Positions 27,753 through 36,900 of a DNA stretch of 49,808 bases are shown here, piece by piece. Position 1 is the stretch's first letter; every line of letters starts with the position of its first letter. The position numbers and the translations under genes are program-made. The notes under the pieces were generated by a model. The model was not told where the DNA came from and searched no databases. It was given only the letters and a program-made list of their open reading frames with translations. The stretch lies in NCBI GenBank assembly GCA_049964535.1, contig JBMFXG010000001.1, positions 1 to 49,808 on the forward strand, read 5' to 3'. This DNA comes from Acidimicrobiales bacterium. GTDB taxonomy: Bacteria > Actinomycetota > Acidimicrobiia > Acidimicrobiales > Acidimicrobiaceae.

Positions 27753-29051
27753 ATGCCCCCATTTCTTTTTGGCACTGTAGGTCTGCATTGGGCAGGGCTC
27801 ATTATCATCGTTGTCAAAGTCGTTCTGGCCTTTGTGCTCTTACTCGTGACCGTCCTGATGACGATCTGGTTTGAACGTAAGGCCATCTCGGATATGCAGA
27901 ATCGAATCGGTCCAAATCGAGCTGGACCGTTCGGTCTTCTTCAATCTCTAGCCGATGGTATCAAGCTCTTCTTCAAGGAGGACCTGGTGCCGGATCGATC
28001 CGATCGATTTGTCTTTAAGCTTGCACCGTATCTCTCAGTAGTGCCAGCGTTCATCACCTTTACCATCGTTCCCCTTGGTGGCATTGTGACGGTCTTTGGG
28101 AATCGAACCGAGCTCCAAGTAGCAGACCCGTCGATCGGAATCTTGCTCCTTTTGGCAATGTCGTCGGTTGCGGTCTACGGCGTAATGCTGGCGGGTTGGT
28201 CGTCAGGATCGAAATATCCTCTCTTGGGCTCGGTGCGAGCCTCGGCGCAGATGGTCTCGTACGAGGCCGCCATGGGACTTTCCATCGTTGCCGTTGTTCT
28301 TGTGACCGGCTCGTTATCGACGAGGACGATCGTCGATGCTCAGACCGGCTTACTCTACGGGTTTCTTCCGCACTGGAACATTCTTCGCCTCGGCATCGTG
28401 CCGTTTCTTATTTTTTTGGTGGCGGCAACGGCCGAAACCAATCGACCACCATTCGATCTCGTTGAGGCAGACTCCGAGCTAGTGGGCGGATTCAATACCG
28501 AGTACTCGTCGATTCGCTTCGCTATGTTCTATCTCGCCGAATATATGAATACCGTCACGATGTCGGCCGTGATCGTCACACTCTTCTTTGGCGGTCCAGA
28601 TGGTCCAGATCCATCGGTACTGCACTGGCTGTGGCCTATTGTCTGGTTCGCGCTGAAGACGATCGTCTTTGTCTTCTTCTATATCTGGCTACGAGCGGCG
28701 TTACCGAGACTCCGTTACGACCAGCTCATGGATCTTGGCTGGAAGGTTTTGATCCCCGCCTCCCTAGCATGGCTTTTGGTCGTGGCAGCTATGCAGATTA
28801 ATCGTGGCCTTGGGATTGCAGTGGTCGCGCTCTGTCTTGTTGGTGCTGCGGTTCTTGCTCGGGCGCTTTCGGTTTCCAGTGCTCGGAGTCCAGCGCTTGG
28901 GCTCGCACCAGATCCGAGCGGAGCGGCGAGCCAAGAGCTCTCGAGAGGTAAAAACGAGCCGTGGACGACCAAGAGTAGCTCTGAACCTTCCACGAAGGTT
29001 GTTCGTCGACTACCCTCTCGGGGCTCGAGTTTCACCGGTGGAGAGGACTGA
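27753..29051 (+). CDS. nuoH: NADH-quinone oxidoreductase subunit H
   Basis: 432 aa. Motifs ERKAISDMQNRIGPNRAGPFGLLQSLADGIKL and ETNRPPFDLVEADSELVGGFNTEYS. A hydrophilic Ser/Pro-rich C-terminal tail follows an extra helix. Confidence 0.93.
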   Translation: MPPFLFGTVGLHWAGLIIIVVKVVLAFVLLLVTVLMTIWFERKAISDMQNRIGPNRAGPFGLLQSLADGIKLFFKEDLVPDRSDRFVFKLAPYLSVVPAFITFTIVPLGGIVTVFGNRTELQVADPSIGILLLLAMSSVAVYGVMLAGWSSGSKYPLLGSVRASAQMVSYEAAMGLSIVAVVLVTGSLSTRTIVDAQTGLLYGFLPHWNILRLGIVPFLIFLVAATAETNRPPFDLVEADSELVGGFNTEYSSIRFAMFYLAEYMNTVTMSAVIVTLFFGGPDGPDPSVLHWLWPIVWFALKTIVFVFFYIWLRAALPRLRYDQLMDLGWKVLIPASLAWLLVVAAMQINRGLGIAVVALCLVGAAVLARALSVSSARSPALGLAPDPSGAASQELSRGKNEPWTTKSSSEPSTKVVRRLPSRGSSFTGGED

Positions 29052-29054
29052 GAC

Positions 29055-29738
29055 ATGGGAATTTTCGATGGCCTCAAGGGCTTCAAGGTCACGCTGAAAC
29101 AGATAGCTGAGCCGAGGGTAACAGGACAGTACCCAAAGGTGAAGCGACCGAAGCCGCCGCGCTTTCACGGTCGCCATGTGTTAAATCGCTATGAAGACGG
29201 CATGGAAAAGTGCATTGGCTGTGAACTCTGCGCGGCGGTCTGCCCAGCTCGCTGTATTCACGTTCGGGGTCGAGATAACTCCCCTGATGATCCCGTTTCA
29301 CCGGGCGAGCGATTCGGTTACGTCTACGAGATTAACTATCTTCGCTGTATTCACTGTGACCTCTGCGTGGAGGCCTGCCCCACTGAGGCCATTACAGAGT
29401 CGAAACTGTTTGAGTTTTCATTTACCAATCGGCAGGATGCGATCTACACCAAGCATGAGCTGGTAGTGGATGACGAGGGCATGCCGCAACAACTTCCGTG
29501 GGAGGATTGGCGCGAGGGCGATGCGGACCTGACCTCTGGATGGATGCGCGCAACCGCCGCGCAAGGTCGTCCGGAGTTTGGAGGGGTCGTTCAATGGTCG
29601 AGTGAGCTCGGCTTCGGTGAGCGGGCGCCGGAGATGGGACAGAGCGAGTTGGAGGAGTCCAAGGCCTCCCCGGTCTTCTCGTTGCGGGATATTCTTGCAG
29701 ATAAGATCTTCATCCGACATGGTGGAAACGTGCGATGA
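29055..29738 (+). CDS. nuoI: NADH-quinone oxidoreductase subunit I
   Basis: 227 aa with two 4Fe-4S motifs, CIGCELCAAVCPARCI and CIHCDLCVEACPTEAI. Confidence 0.93.
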   Translation: MGIFDGLKGFKVTLKQIAEPRVTGQYPKVKRPKPPRFHGRHVLNRYEDGMEKCIGCELCAAVCPARCIHVRGRDNSPDDPVSPGERFGYVYEINYLRCIHCDLCVEACPTEAITESKLFEFSFTNRQDAIYTKHELVVDDEGMPQQLPWEDWREGDADLTSGWMRATAAQGRPEFGGVVQWSSELGFGERAPEMGQSELEESKASPVFSLRDILADKIFIRHGGNVR

Positions 29739-30364
29739 TGTTGGCGACGATTACCACCCCTGATCTCATTGTCTTCGTGGTCTCTGGCGCCGCAGCACTC
29801 GTTGGAGCGTTAGGTGTGATAACGCTGCGAAATCCGGTGCACGCAGCTCTGATGCTTGTGATGACTCTCTTTTCGATTGCGGTGCTCTTTGTCGAGGAGC
29901 AGGCTCAATTTCTTGCAGCGGTTCAAGTGATGGTCTATGCAGGAGCGATCGTGGTCCTCTTCCTGTTTGTCATCATGCTTCTTGGGGTGGACCAGAGTGA
30001 TAGTGGCGCCCGAGATGCGATCCGGTGGCAACGACCGGTTGCCTTTGTGAGCGGAGTCTTGATCCTCCTGGAGGTCTCTGTTTTGGCAAGAACGAGGTGG
30101 GCGACCGGTGCTCACTCTACAACTGCCAAGCTGACGGGAAGTGGTGCACACGTTTCGGAGCTCGCGCGTTCGGTCTTCACAACCTATCTGGCGCCCTTTG
30201 AAGCGACATCGGCCTTGTTGGTCATCGCTGTGGTCGGGGCGGTCGTGCTCTCCCGTACGAGCAGAAGTCGCTCTCCCGTGCGAGAAGCGGAGCGACCCGC
30301 AAGTGTTGGTGGCTCTGGAGCTGAAGAGGCCACGCTGGGATCGACTCCGGAGGTTCGGTCATGA
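29735..30364 (+). CDS. nuoJ: NADH-quinone oxidoreductase subunit J
   Basis: 209 aa. Motif [21 protein letters not shown]...[23 protein letters not shown]. Position in the operon supports the call. Confidence 0.88.
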   Translation: MMLATITTPDLIVFVVSGAAALVGALGVITLRNPVHAALMLVMTLFSIAVLFVEEQAQFLAAVQVMVYAGAIVVLFLFVIMLLGVDQSDSGARDAIRWQRPVAFVSGVLILLEVSVLARTRWATGAHSTTAKLTGSGAHVSELARSVFTTYLAPFEATSALLVIAVVGAVVLSRTSRSRSPVREAERPASVGGSGAEEATLGSTPEVRS

Positions 30365-30666
30365 GTGTTCCCGGAAGCTGGTACCTGATTCTCGCAGCGG
30401 TGCTGTTCTCGATCGGTGTCGTAGGAATCCTTACTCGACGAAATGTGCTGGTGATGTTTATGTGCGTCGAATTGATGCTGAACGCTGTCAATTTGACGTT
30501 TGTGACCTTCTCGCGCATGTTGAACGATGTCGCAGGACAGGTCGCGGTCTTTTTTGTCCTCGTCGTTGCTGCAGCCGAGGTCGTAGTGGGACTTGGTCTC
30601 ATCGTGGCCATCTTCCGGCGCAAGGCCAACGTGACCGCCGATGACCTTGACATTTTGAAGGGTTAG
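30361..30666 (+). CDS. nuoK: NADH-quinone oxidoreductase subunit K
   Basis: 101 aa. Motif [30 protein letters not shown]. Confidence 0.92.
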   Translation: MSVPGSWYLILAAVLFSIGVVGILTRRNVLVMFMCVELMLNAVNLTFVTFSRMLNDVAGQVAVFFVLVVAAAEVVVGLGLIVAIFRRKANVTADDLDILKG

Positions 30667-30670
30667 GTCC

Positions 30671-32572
30671 ATGCTTTCATTTCTTCCGCTGATCATCGCC
30701 CTTCCTCTAGCTGGATTCTTTGTGCTGTTGTTTTTCGGCCGACGGCTGGGTAACCCAGGAGCGGGGATCGTAGGATCGGTCGCCGTGGGCCTGAGCTTTG
30801 TGGCGACGGTGATCACCTACTTCGGTCTCCTCTCTCGAACGTCGAGGGATCGTGTCTTCGTGGACCATCTGTTTACGTGGTTCGCAGCCGGTCGCTTTCA
30901 CGTCGCAATCTCGTTCTACTTAGATCCTCTATCTATGACGATGGCACTCTTTGTAACTGGAATTGCGACGTTGATACACGTCTACTCCATTGGCTACATG
31001 AACCACGATCCGAAGTTTTCGAAGTTCTTCGTCTACCTCAACCTTTTTGTTTTCTCTATGGTCGTTCTCGTCCTCAGTGGGAATCTTCCCCTCACCTTTC
31101 TGGGCTGGGAGGGTGTGGGCGCCTGCTCGTACTTCTTGATCGCTTTTTGGCACGAGCGCCCGAGTGCGGCGAGTGCGGGCAAGAAGGCCTTCATTATCAA
31201 CCGTATCGGTGACTTCGGCTTTCTGATAGGGAGCTTCCTCGTCTTCAGCGCTCTTGGCACGATGAGCTACGTAGGTATCTTCCATCACGACTCGACTCTG
31301 TCTACGACGACCGCTACGGCGATAGCGCTGCTCTTCTTCGTGGGGGCAGTTGGAAAGTCGGCTCAGATGCCGCTCTACGTGTGGCTCGTCGACGCCATGG
31401 AAGGTCCAACGCCCGTTTCTGCTCTTATTCACGCAGCGACGATGGTGACCGCTGGTGTGTATCTCATGGCAAGGCTCAGTCCTATCCTCCACCTTGCCGC
31501 TTCGGCCTCTTGGGTCATAGCAATCGTCGGGGCTGCGACCGCCTTTATCGGAGCTACCTCTGCGACTGCACAGAGCGATATCAAGAAGGTCTTGGCATAC
31601 TCCACGGTCTCGCAACTTGGTTTCATGTTCCTAGGCATTGGGAGCCATGCTTACGTAGCTGCGATCTTCTTGATGATTACCCATGCGTTCTACAAGGCGC
31701 TCTTGTTCCTTGGGGCGGGATCGGTGATTCACGGCATGCATGACGAGCAAGACATCAAGAAGATGGGTGCTCTGCGACGCTTCATGCCAATTACAGCGGT
31801 AACTTTCATACTCGCTTGGCTCTCGATCGCGGGTGTGCCTCCTTTCTCTGGATTCTGGTCGAAGGGTGATGTACTGAGCGAGGCCTATGCGATGTCTCCA
31901 GTTCTCTGGCTCGTGGGAGTGCTTGCGGCGATCTTGACCGCTTACTACATGGGTCGCGAGGTCTTCTTGGTCTTCTATGGTCCGGCGCGATGGAAGGACC
32001 CAAAACTCGCTGGAGAGCGAGAACATGCAGAGGATCCGCACGAATCGCCAAAAGTTATGACTATTCCGCTCGTCATCCTCTGTGTTCTGGCAGTCTTTGG
32101 TGGGGCGCTCGATCTTCCCCTTGGCCATCACTTCACACTGCTCGAGAACTGGTTATCGCCGGTCTTTATCAAAGGTGGAGTAGGACTCCATCTCTCCTCC
32201 ACGTCGAAACTGGTTCTCGCTCTTGCAGATGCCGTCTTTGCGATAGTTGGCGTCTTGATCGCTGTTCGCCTCTGGTCGAAACGGTGGAATCAGCCTCAGT
32301 TGGAACCCTCTTTCTTGCGGGCGGGGTGGCACGTTGATGACATCTACGACGCCTCGATAGCGGTACCGTCTACCGTTTTGGCCACCGATCTCGATGAGAT
32401 CGTGGATAAGAAGATCATCGATGGTGCTGTCCTTGGCATCGGTGGAGCTCTCAGCCGGTTGGCTCAGGGTGGTCGTGCAATACAGAGTGGTTATGTGCGG
32501 AGCTATGCGCTCGTGATCTCGCTCGGGGTTGTTGTGCTGCTCGGCTACGTCATAACGCGAGCTGGTAGTTAG
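30671..32572 (+). CDS. nuoL: NADH-quinone oxidoreductase subunit L
   Basis: 633 aa. Motifs WEGVGACSYFLIAFW and KSAQMPLYVWLVDAMEGPTPVSALIHAATMVTAGVY. Confidence 0.93.
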   Translation: MLSFLPLIIALPLAGFFVLLFFGRRLGNPGAGIVGSVAVGLSFVATVITYFGLLSRTSRDRVFVDHLFTWFAAGRFHVAISFYLDPLSMTMALFVTGIATLIHVYSIGYMNHDPKFSKFFVYLNLFVFSMVVLVLSGNLPLTFLGWEGVGACSYFLIAFWHERPSAASAGKKAFIINRIGDFGFLIGSFLVFSALGTMSYVGIFHHDSTLSTTTATAIALLFFVGAVGKSAQMPLYVWLVDAMEGPTPVSALIHAATMVTAGVYLMARLSPILHLAASASWVIAIVGAATAFIGATSATAQSDIKKVLAYSTVSQLGFMFLGIGSHAYVAAIFLMITHAFYKALLFLGAGSVIHGMHDEQDIKKMGALRRFMPITAVTFILAWLSIAGVPPFSGFWSKGDVLSEAYAMSPVLWLVGVLAAILTAYYMGREVFLVFYGPARWKDPKLAGEREHAEDPHESPKVMTIPLVILCVLAVFGGALDLPLGHHFTLLENWLSPVFIKGGVGLHLSSTSKLVLALADAVFAIVGVLIAVRLWSKRWNQPQLEPSFLRAGWHVDDIYDASIAVPSTVLATDLDEIVDKKIIDGAVLGIGGALSRLAQGGRAIQSGYVRSYALVISLGVVVLLGYVITRAGS

Positions 32573-32607
32573 GTGCCCCGATCCTTGCAAATACGAAAGC
32601 GGTTGTT

Positions 32608-34125
32608 GTGATGTTTCCGTATCTTGAGACTCTTGTCTTTCTACCGGCGGTCGTCGGTCTGGCGATCGCCGTAGCGCCGAAGACGGTGTCGCGGCAGGCG
32701 ATTCGCTACACGGCCCTCGTAGCGGTACTGGTCGAACTTGTGATCTCGGTCGTAATGATGTTTTCATTTCACCCTTCCTTGACTCGTTACCAGTTTGTGT
32801 CTTCGCACGCTTGGATCTCAAGCTTCGGGATTCGATGGTCGCTAGGTGTTGACGGCATCTCCCTCGTTCTGGTTCTGCTGACAACGGTCCTCTTCAGTGT
32901 TGCACTTTTCGGGGCGAATGAGCAGCGTGACCAGAAGGCCTTCTCGGCGTGGATGTTGATCTTAGAAGCAGCCTGTATTGGTAGCTTTGCTGCCCTCGAT
33001 CTCTTCGATTTCTTCGTACTTTTCGAGCTGACCTTGATCCCAACTTACTTCTTGATTGCAAACTGGGGTCTGGTCGGCCGCGGTAAGGCGGCGACGAAGT
33101 TCTTTGTATACACTTTCTTGGGCTCAGCTTTTCTTCTCGTTGGAATCGTGTCTCTCGTGGCTATCCATGAGGGTCAAACCGGGCACTTGACCTTCTCCCT
33201 GCAGCAGCTCCGTTCAACGATCATGTCGTCGATGACGGCAAAGTTCCTTCTGCTAGCTTTCAGCGCGGCCTTCATCGTCAAAGCTCCCCTGTTTCCTTTC
33301 CATACCTGGTCACCTGATGCCTATGCAGAGGCGCCGACCGCCGGAGTGGTTGTGCTCAGCGGCGTGATGGCAAAACTGGGGACGTACGGTCTTTTGCGCT
33401 TCGACCTCGAACTCTTCCCCCACGCTTCCCGTTCCTTCGCGTGGATCTTCCTTACCTTGGCCGTTATCGGCATTCTCTACGGTGCGATCGTTGCCGCTGG
33501 AGAACGAGACCTCTCGCGTCTCGTTGCTTACTCCTCACTCTCGCATATGGGCTTTATCGTTCTCGGTCTCTTTGCCTTCACCGCTGAAGGTCTCTCCGGT
33601 GGCGTATTGCAGATGTTTAATCACGGCATCTACACGGCGGCCTTATTCTTGTTGCTCGGGATGATCTACGAACGTCGTAAGACTCTCGATACCACCAAGC
33701 TGGCTGGGTTGCAAAAGCGCGCACCGATTATGGCGGGTGTCTTTATTCTCGTGTTGTTGGCATCGATCGGTCTGCCAGGCCTCAATGGTTTTGTTGGTGA
33801 GTTCCTTATTCTTCTCGGTGGATTCCTGGGTCATCGGTGGTGGGCAGTAGTCGGAGCAGTTGGTGTGATTCTCTCTGCGGTCGGTCTCTTGTGGGCGTAC
33901 CAGAAAGTCTTTCAACGTGCCGATGACACCGATCGACCTTTCCGAGATCTTCACTTGAAAGAGATCGTTACCCTTGCGCCACTCGTGTTGCTCATCGTGT
34001 TTCTCGGGGTCTATCCCCGCTTCTTCTTGGACCGAATCGATCCTTCAGTGCATGCGGTGCTAGGCGTACATCATGGAACAACACTCGTTGTGCAGAGCGC
34101 TCTCGGTAAGGCTGGTGGTAAGTGA
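32608..34125 (+). CDS. nuoM: NADH-quinone oxidoreductase subunit M
   Basis: 505 aa. Motif KAPLFPFHTWSPDAYAEAPTAGVVVLSGVMAKLGTYG. The start is GTG 32608 or ATG 32611. Confidence 0.92.
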   Translation: MMFPYLETLVFLPAVVGLAIAVAPKTVSRQAIRYTALVAVLVELVISVVMMFSFHPSLTRYQFVSSHAWISSFGIRWSLGVDGISLVLVLLTTVLFSVALFGANEQRDQKAFSAWMLILEAACIGSFAALDLFDFFVLFELTLIPTYFLIANWGLVGRGKAATKFFVYTFLGSAFLLVGIVSLVAIHEGQTGHLTFSLQQLRSTIMSSMTAKFLLLAFSAAFIVKAPLFPFHTWSPDAYAEAPTAGVVVLSGVMAKLGTYGLLRFDLELFPHASRSFAWIFLTLAVIGILYGAIVAAGERDLSRLVAYSSLSHMGFIVLGLFAFTAEGLSGGVLQMFNHGIYTAALFLLLGMIYERRKTLDTTKLAGLQKRAPIMAGVFILVLLASIGLPGLNGFVGEFLILLGGFLGHRWWAVVGAVGVILSAVGLLWAYQKVFQRADDTDRPFRDLHLKEIVTLAPLVLLIVFLGVYPRFFLDRIDPSVHAVLGVHHGTTLVVQSALGKAGGK

Positions 34126-35750
34126 TGTCTGGACTCGTGCAGGTGATCAATAGTGCTCCGACCCTGATGGCGAGCGTTGCGATCCATTTCCCCTCGGTCC
34201 AATATGGAGACCTCGTTCCTGAATTGGCACTCCTGATTGGGGCGCTTGTGGCAATGGTCTCGTCGGCATTGGCGCGTACGAAAGATATCAGTTTTCCCTA
34301 CACCGGAATTGGGATCGTTGCAGTGGTACTTGCCGGTGTTTGGTCGTATCATCTTTCGACGATCGTTGCCAACAGTGGCCCGAAGGCTATCGTAGCGGGG
34401 GCTATGGCGGTCGATGGTTTCTCTACCTTCTTGATGGTGTTGATCGCGGTATCACTGCTTCTTGTGATCCTCTTGGCGGAGGCATTCATCTATGAGGTTG
34501 GATCTCGAGGACCAGACTTTGTGGCGCTCTTACTCTTGTCTGGGAGCGGCGCTATGTTCATGGCTTCAGCGGAGGACCTTCTAGTTCTCTTCGTTGGTCT
34601 GGAGATTCTTTCGATCGCGCTCTACGTGCTGGTCGCCTACTGTGCACAGGTCACGCTTTCTCGTGAGGCAGCATTCAAGTACTTCATTTTGGGTGGATTC
34701 TCCTCTGCCATTCTCCTCTACGGAATCGCGCTCACCTACGGCGCGACCGGAACGACAAATATCGGGCAGATAGCGCTGTTCTTGAGTCAGAATACGCTCA
34801 CGTCCAATGGCGTCTTGCTTGGAGGCATGGCCCTGATCATTGTTGGTTTAGGGTTTAAGGTCGCTGCGGTTCCCTTCCAGCTTTGGACCCCAGATGTCTA
34901 TCAAGGGGCCCCGACGACGGTCACGGGATATATGGCCTCCGTTGCGAAGGCGGGAGGATTTGCCGGTCTTCTACGGGTGCTGTACGTCTCGTTTCAGACC
35001 GTTCGAATTGATTGGCGTCCGGTCATTTTGGTGATGTGTGTTCTTACCCTTTTCACCGGATCGATTCTGGCCCTTGTGCAGCGCGATGTCAAAAGACTTC
35101 TTGCCTATTCTTCCATCAATCACGCCGGATTTATTCTGATTGGTCTCTACGTTGCAACCCAGAGCTCTCTTGGTGATTCGCTCTACTACGTCTTTGCTTA
35201 CTCCATTATGGCGATCGGCTCGTTCGGTTGCGTTTCGATCATTGGCTACCTCCAAGGATCGACGGAGGGACCCCTGGATATCGATTCACTACGAGGACTC
35301 GCTCGAGAGCATCCTCGACTAGCGGTCGTTTTTGCTATCTTGCTGGTAGCACAGTCTGGCGCACCTTTCACGATCGGCTTCTTGGCGAAGTTCTCGGTGG
35401 TCTCTGCTGCAGCATTGGGACAGCACTACGAGTTGGCAGTCCTTGCCATGCTCTCGGCGGTGATAGCGGTCTACTTCTATCTGAGAGTCGTCTTTGCGAT
35501 GTATCGACCGCCCCTTACCGCTGACACCGGAGGAGAGTCCGGACTAACGCTCACTGATGATTCTGGCGACGTCATGATCGAAGAAGATGGGGCGTTGGAT
35601 CAGGGCGATCTCTTGACGGTGACGCGATCGAGGACGATTCCGGTGGCGGCCTCACTCTCGGTTGGTCTAGCACTAGCGATGACGATTGGCTTTGGTATCG
35701 TGGCAAATCCTCTGATCTCTTTCGCATCGAGTGCCATTCCTCTGCACTGA
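34122..35750 (+). CDS. nuoN: NADH-quinone oxidoreductase subunit N
   Basis: 542 aa. Motif KVAAVPFQLWTPDVYQGAPTTVTGYMASVAKAGGF. Overlaps the nuoM stop. A C-terminal extension carries an acidic linker and a final helix. Confidence 0.92.
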   Translation: MMSGLVQVINSAPTLMASVAIHFPSVQYGDLVPELALLIGALVAMVSSALARTKDISFPYTGIGIVAVVLAGVWSYHLSTIVANSGPKAIVAGAMAVDGFSTFLMVLIAVSLLLVILLAEAFIYEVGSRGPDFVALLLLSGSGAMFMASAEDLLVLFVGLEILSIALYVLVAYCAQVTLSREAAFKYFILGGFSSAILLYGIALTYGATGTTNIGQIALFLSQNTLTSNGVLLGGMALIIVGLGFKVAAVPFQLWTPDVYQGAPTTVTGYMASVAKAGGFAGLLRVLYVSFQTVRIDWRPVILVMCVLTLFTGSILALVQRDVKRLLAYSSINHAGFILIGLYVATQSSLGDSLYYVFAYSIMAIGSFGCVSIIGYLQGSTEGPLDIDSLRGLAREHPRLAVVFAILLVAQSGAPFTIGFLAKFSVVSAAALGQHYELAVLAMLSAVIAVYFYLRVVFAMYRPPLTADTGGESGLTLTDDSGDVMIEEDGALDQGDLLTVTRSRTIPVAASLSVGLALAMTIGFGIVANPLISFASSAIPLH

Positions 35751-36257
35751 CCGATTCTCAGTTCCATCGGCATCAACCAGGAAGCAAGGGTGCACTTTGG
35801 CTCGAGTCGATGATTGCAAGGGTTTGAGTCGACTCGTCTTGAGTGCGCTCTAAGGTGGTCGATCAGACAGGGCGCGCGGTGCAGAGGACGAGGCGGGCAG
35901 AGCCCGATCGACCAACTGCTGCCGGTTGGACTCTTGAGAAGATGAGTCAGTTCGCCGCAGTGGTCACCTGGTGGTTCTTCGTCACCGTTGCAGTGCGAGT
36001 GGAGCTGTGCGCTCTCGCTTTCGAAAAGCGAAACGCGCCTCAAGATTGCAGTTGTGGGCCGCAAAATCGTGCTTATCGATCGTCCCGTTCGATGGTGGAG
36101 CACAGCTTTTATGATCCAGATCGTCCCTGACTACCAGACAAGCTCCGTTTTCGTCCTGTGCCGACCATGGTAGCGAGATATGGCGATGTGAGAGAGTGCC
36201 GACAGAGTCGTCCGCTCGGGGCTTCGACGACGGAGGAGACACTCGGTCTCGGCAGGA

Positions 36258-36746
36258 TCAATCTCGGAAATTCGTGAACTGAAGCGGTAGCCCGAAGTCT
36301 CCCTCCTTGAGCTTTGCGATAACCTCTTGGAGGTCGTCACGCTTTTTCCCGCTCACTCGTAGTTGATCGCCTTGAATTTGAGGAACGACACCTTTGAGGC
36401 CAAGATCCCGAATCGCTTTCGAGATGGTTTTTGCCTTGTCGCTAGATATCCCTGAGATAAGTTTGATGGTCATCCGTGCCGATCCTTTAGAACCCTCGAC
36501 AACCGGTCCTCGGTCGAGACACTTGAGCGAGACCTTCCTGCGGACGAGCTTCTCCTCGAGTACGACGATGAGGGCATTGAGGCGATCCTCGGTTGATGAG
36601 TGCAGCTGAATTTCTTCACCGGAGAGTTCGATTCGAGAGTCTGTTCCTTTGAAGTCAAACCTCGTTTCGACCTCACGCGCGGCTTGGTCAACGGCGTTTC
36701 GAATCTCTTGGTGATCAAGTTCTGATACGACATCGAAGGTAGGCAT
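36258..36746 (-). CDS. yajQ: YajQ family (UPF0234) cyclic-di-GMP/nucleotide-binding protein
   Basis: 162 aa. Sequence MPTFDVVSELDHQEIRNAVDQAAREVETRFDFKGT...LQFTNFRD, a canonical YajQ N-terminus and length. Confidence 0.9.
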   Translation of the reverse strand: MPTFDVVSELDHQEIRNAVDQAAREVETRFDFKGTDSRIELSGEEIQLHSSTEDRLNALIVVLEEKLVRRKVSLKCLDRGPVVEGSKGSARMTIKLISGISSDKAKTISKAIRDLGLKGVVPQIQGDQLRVSGKKRDDLQEVIAKLKEGDFGLPLQFTNFRD

Positions 36747-36774
36747 GGTTAGAGAGGCTATCCTGTGTGCCGTG

Positions 36775-36856
<82 letters not shown>

Positions 36857-36864
36857 CGCTTGTG

Positions 36865-36900
36865 GTGGCCGTAGATGGTGAAATCGGACTCTACGGCCAC
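36865..36900 (+). terminator. Strong hairpin immediately 3' of tRNA-Tyr (11-bp perfect stem, 14-nt loop); possible terminator/processing signal
   Basis: Sequence GTGGCCGTAGA tggtgaaatcggac TCTACGGCCAC. It is followed by TGTATTGAT, which is only weakly U-rich, so the intrinsic-terminator call is tentative. Confidence 0.4.

Noticed and set aside
30184-32884. Several 140-243-aa minus-strand ORFs (30184-30816, 30929-31615, 31631-32131, 32153-32884)
   Set aside because: All are antisense to nuoJ/K/L/M, whose identity is certain. Their composition is basic and low-complexity.
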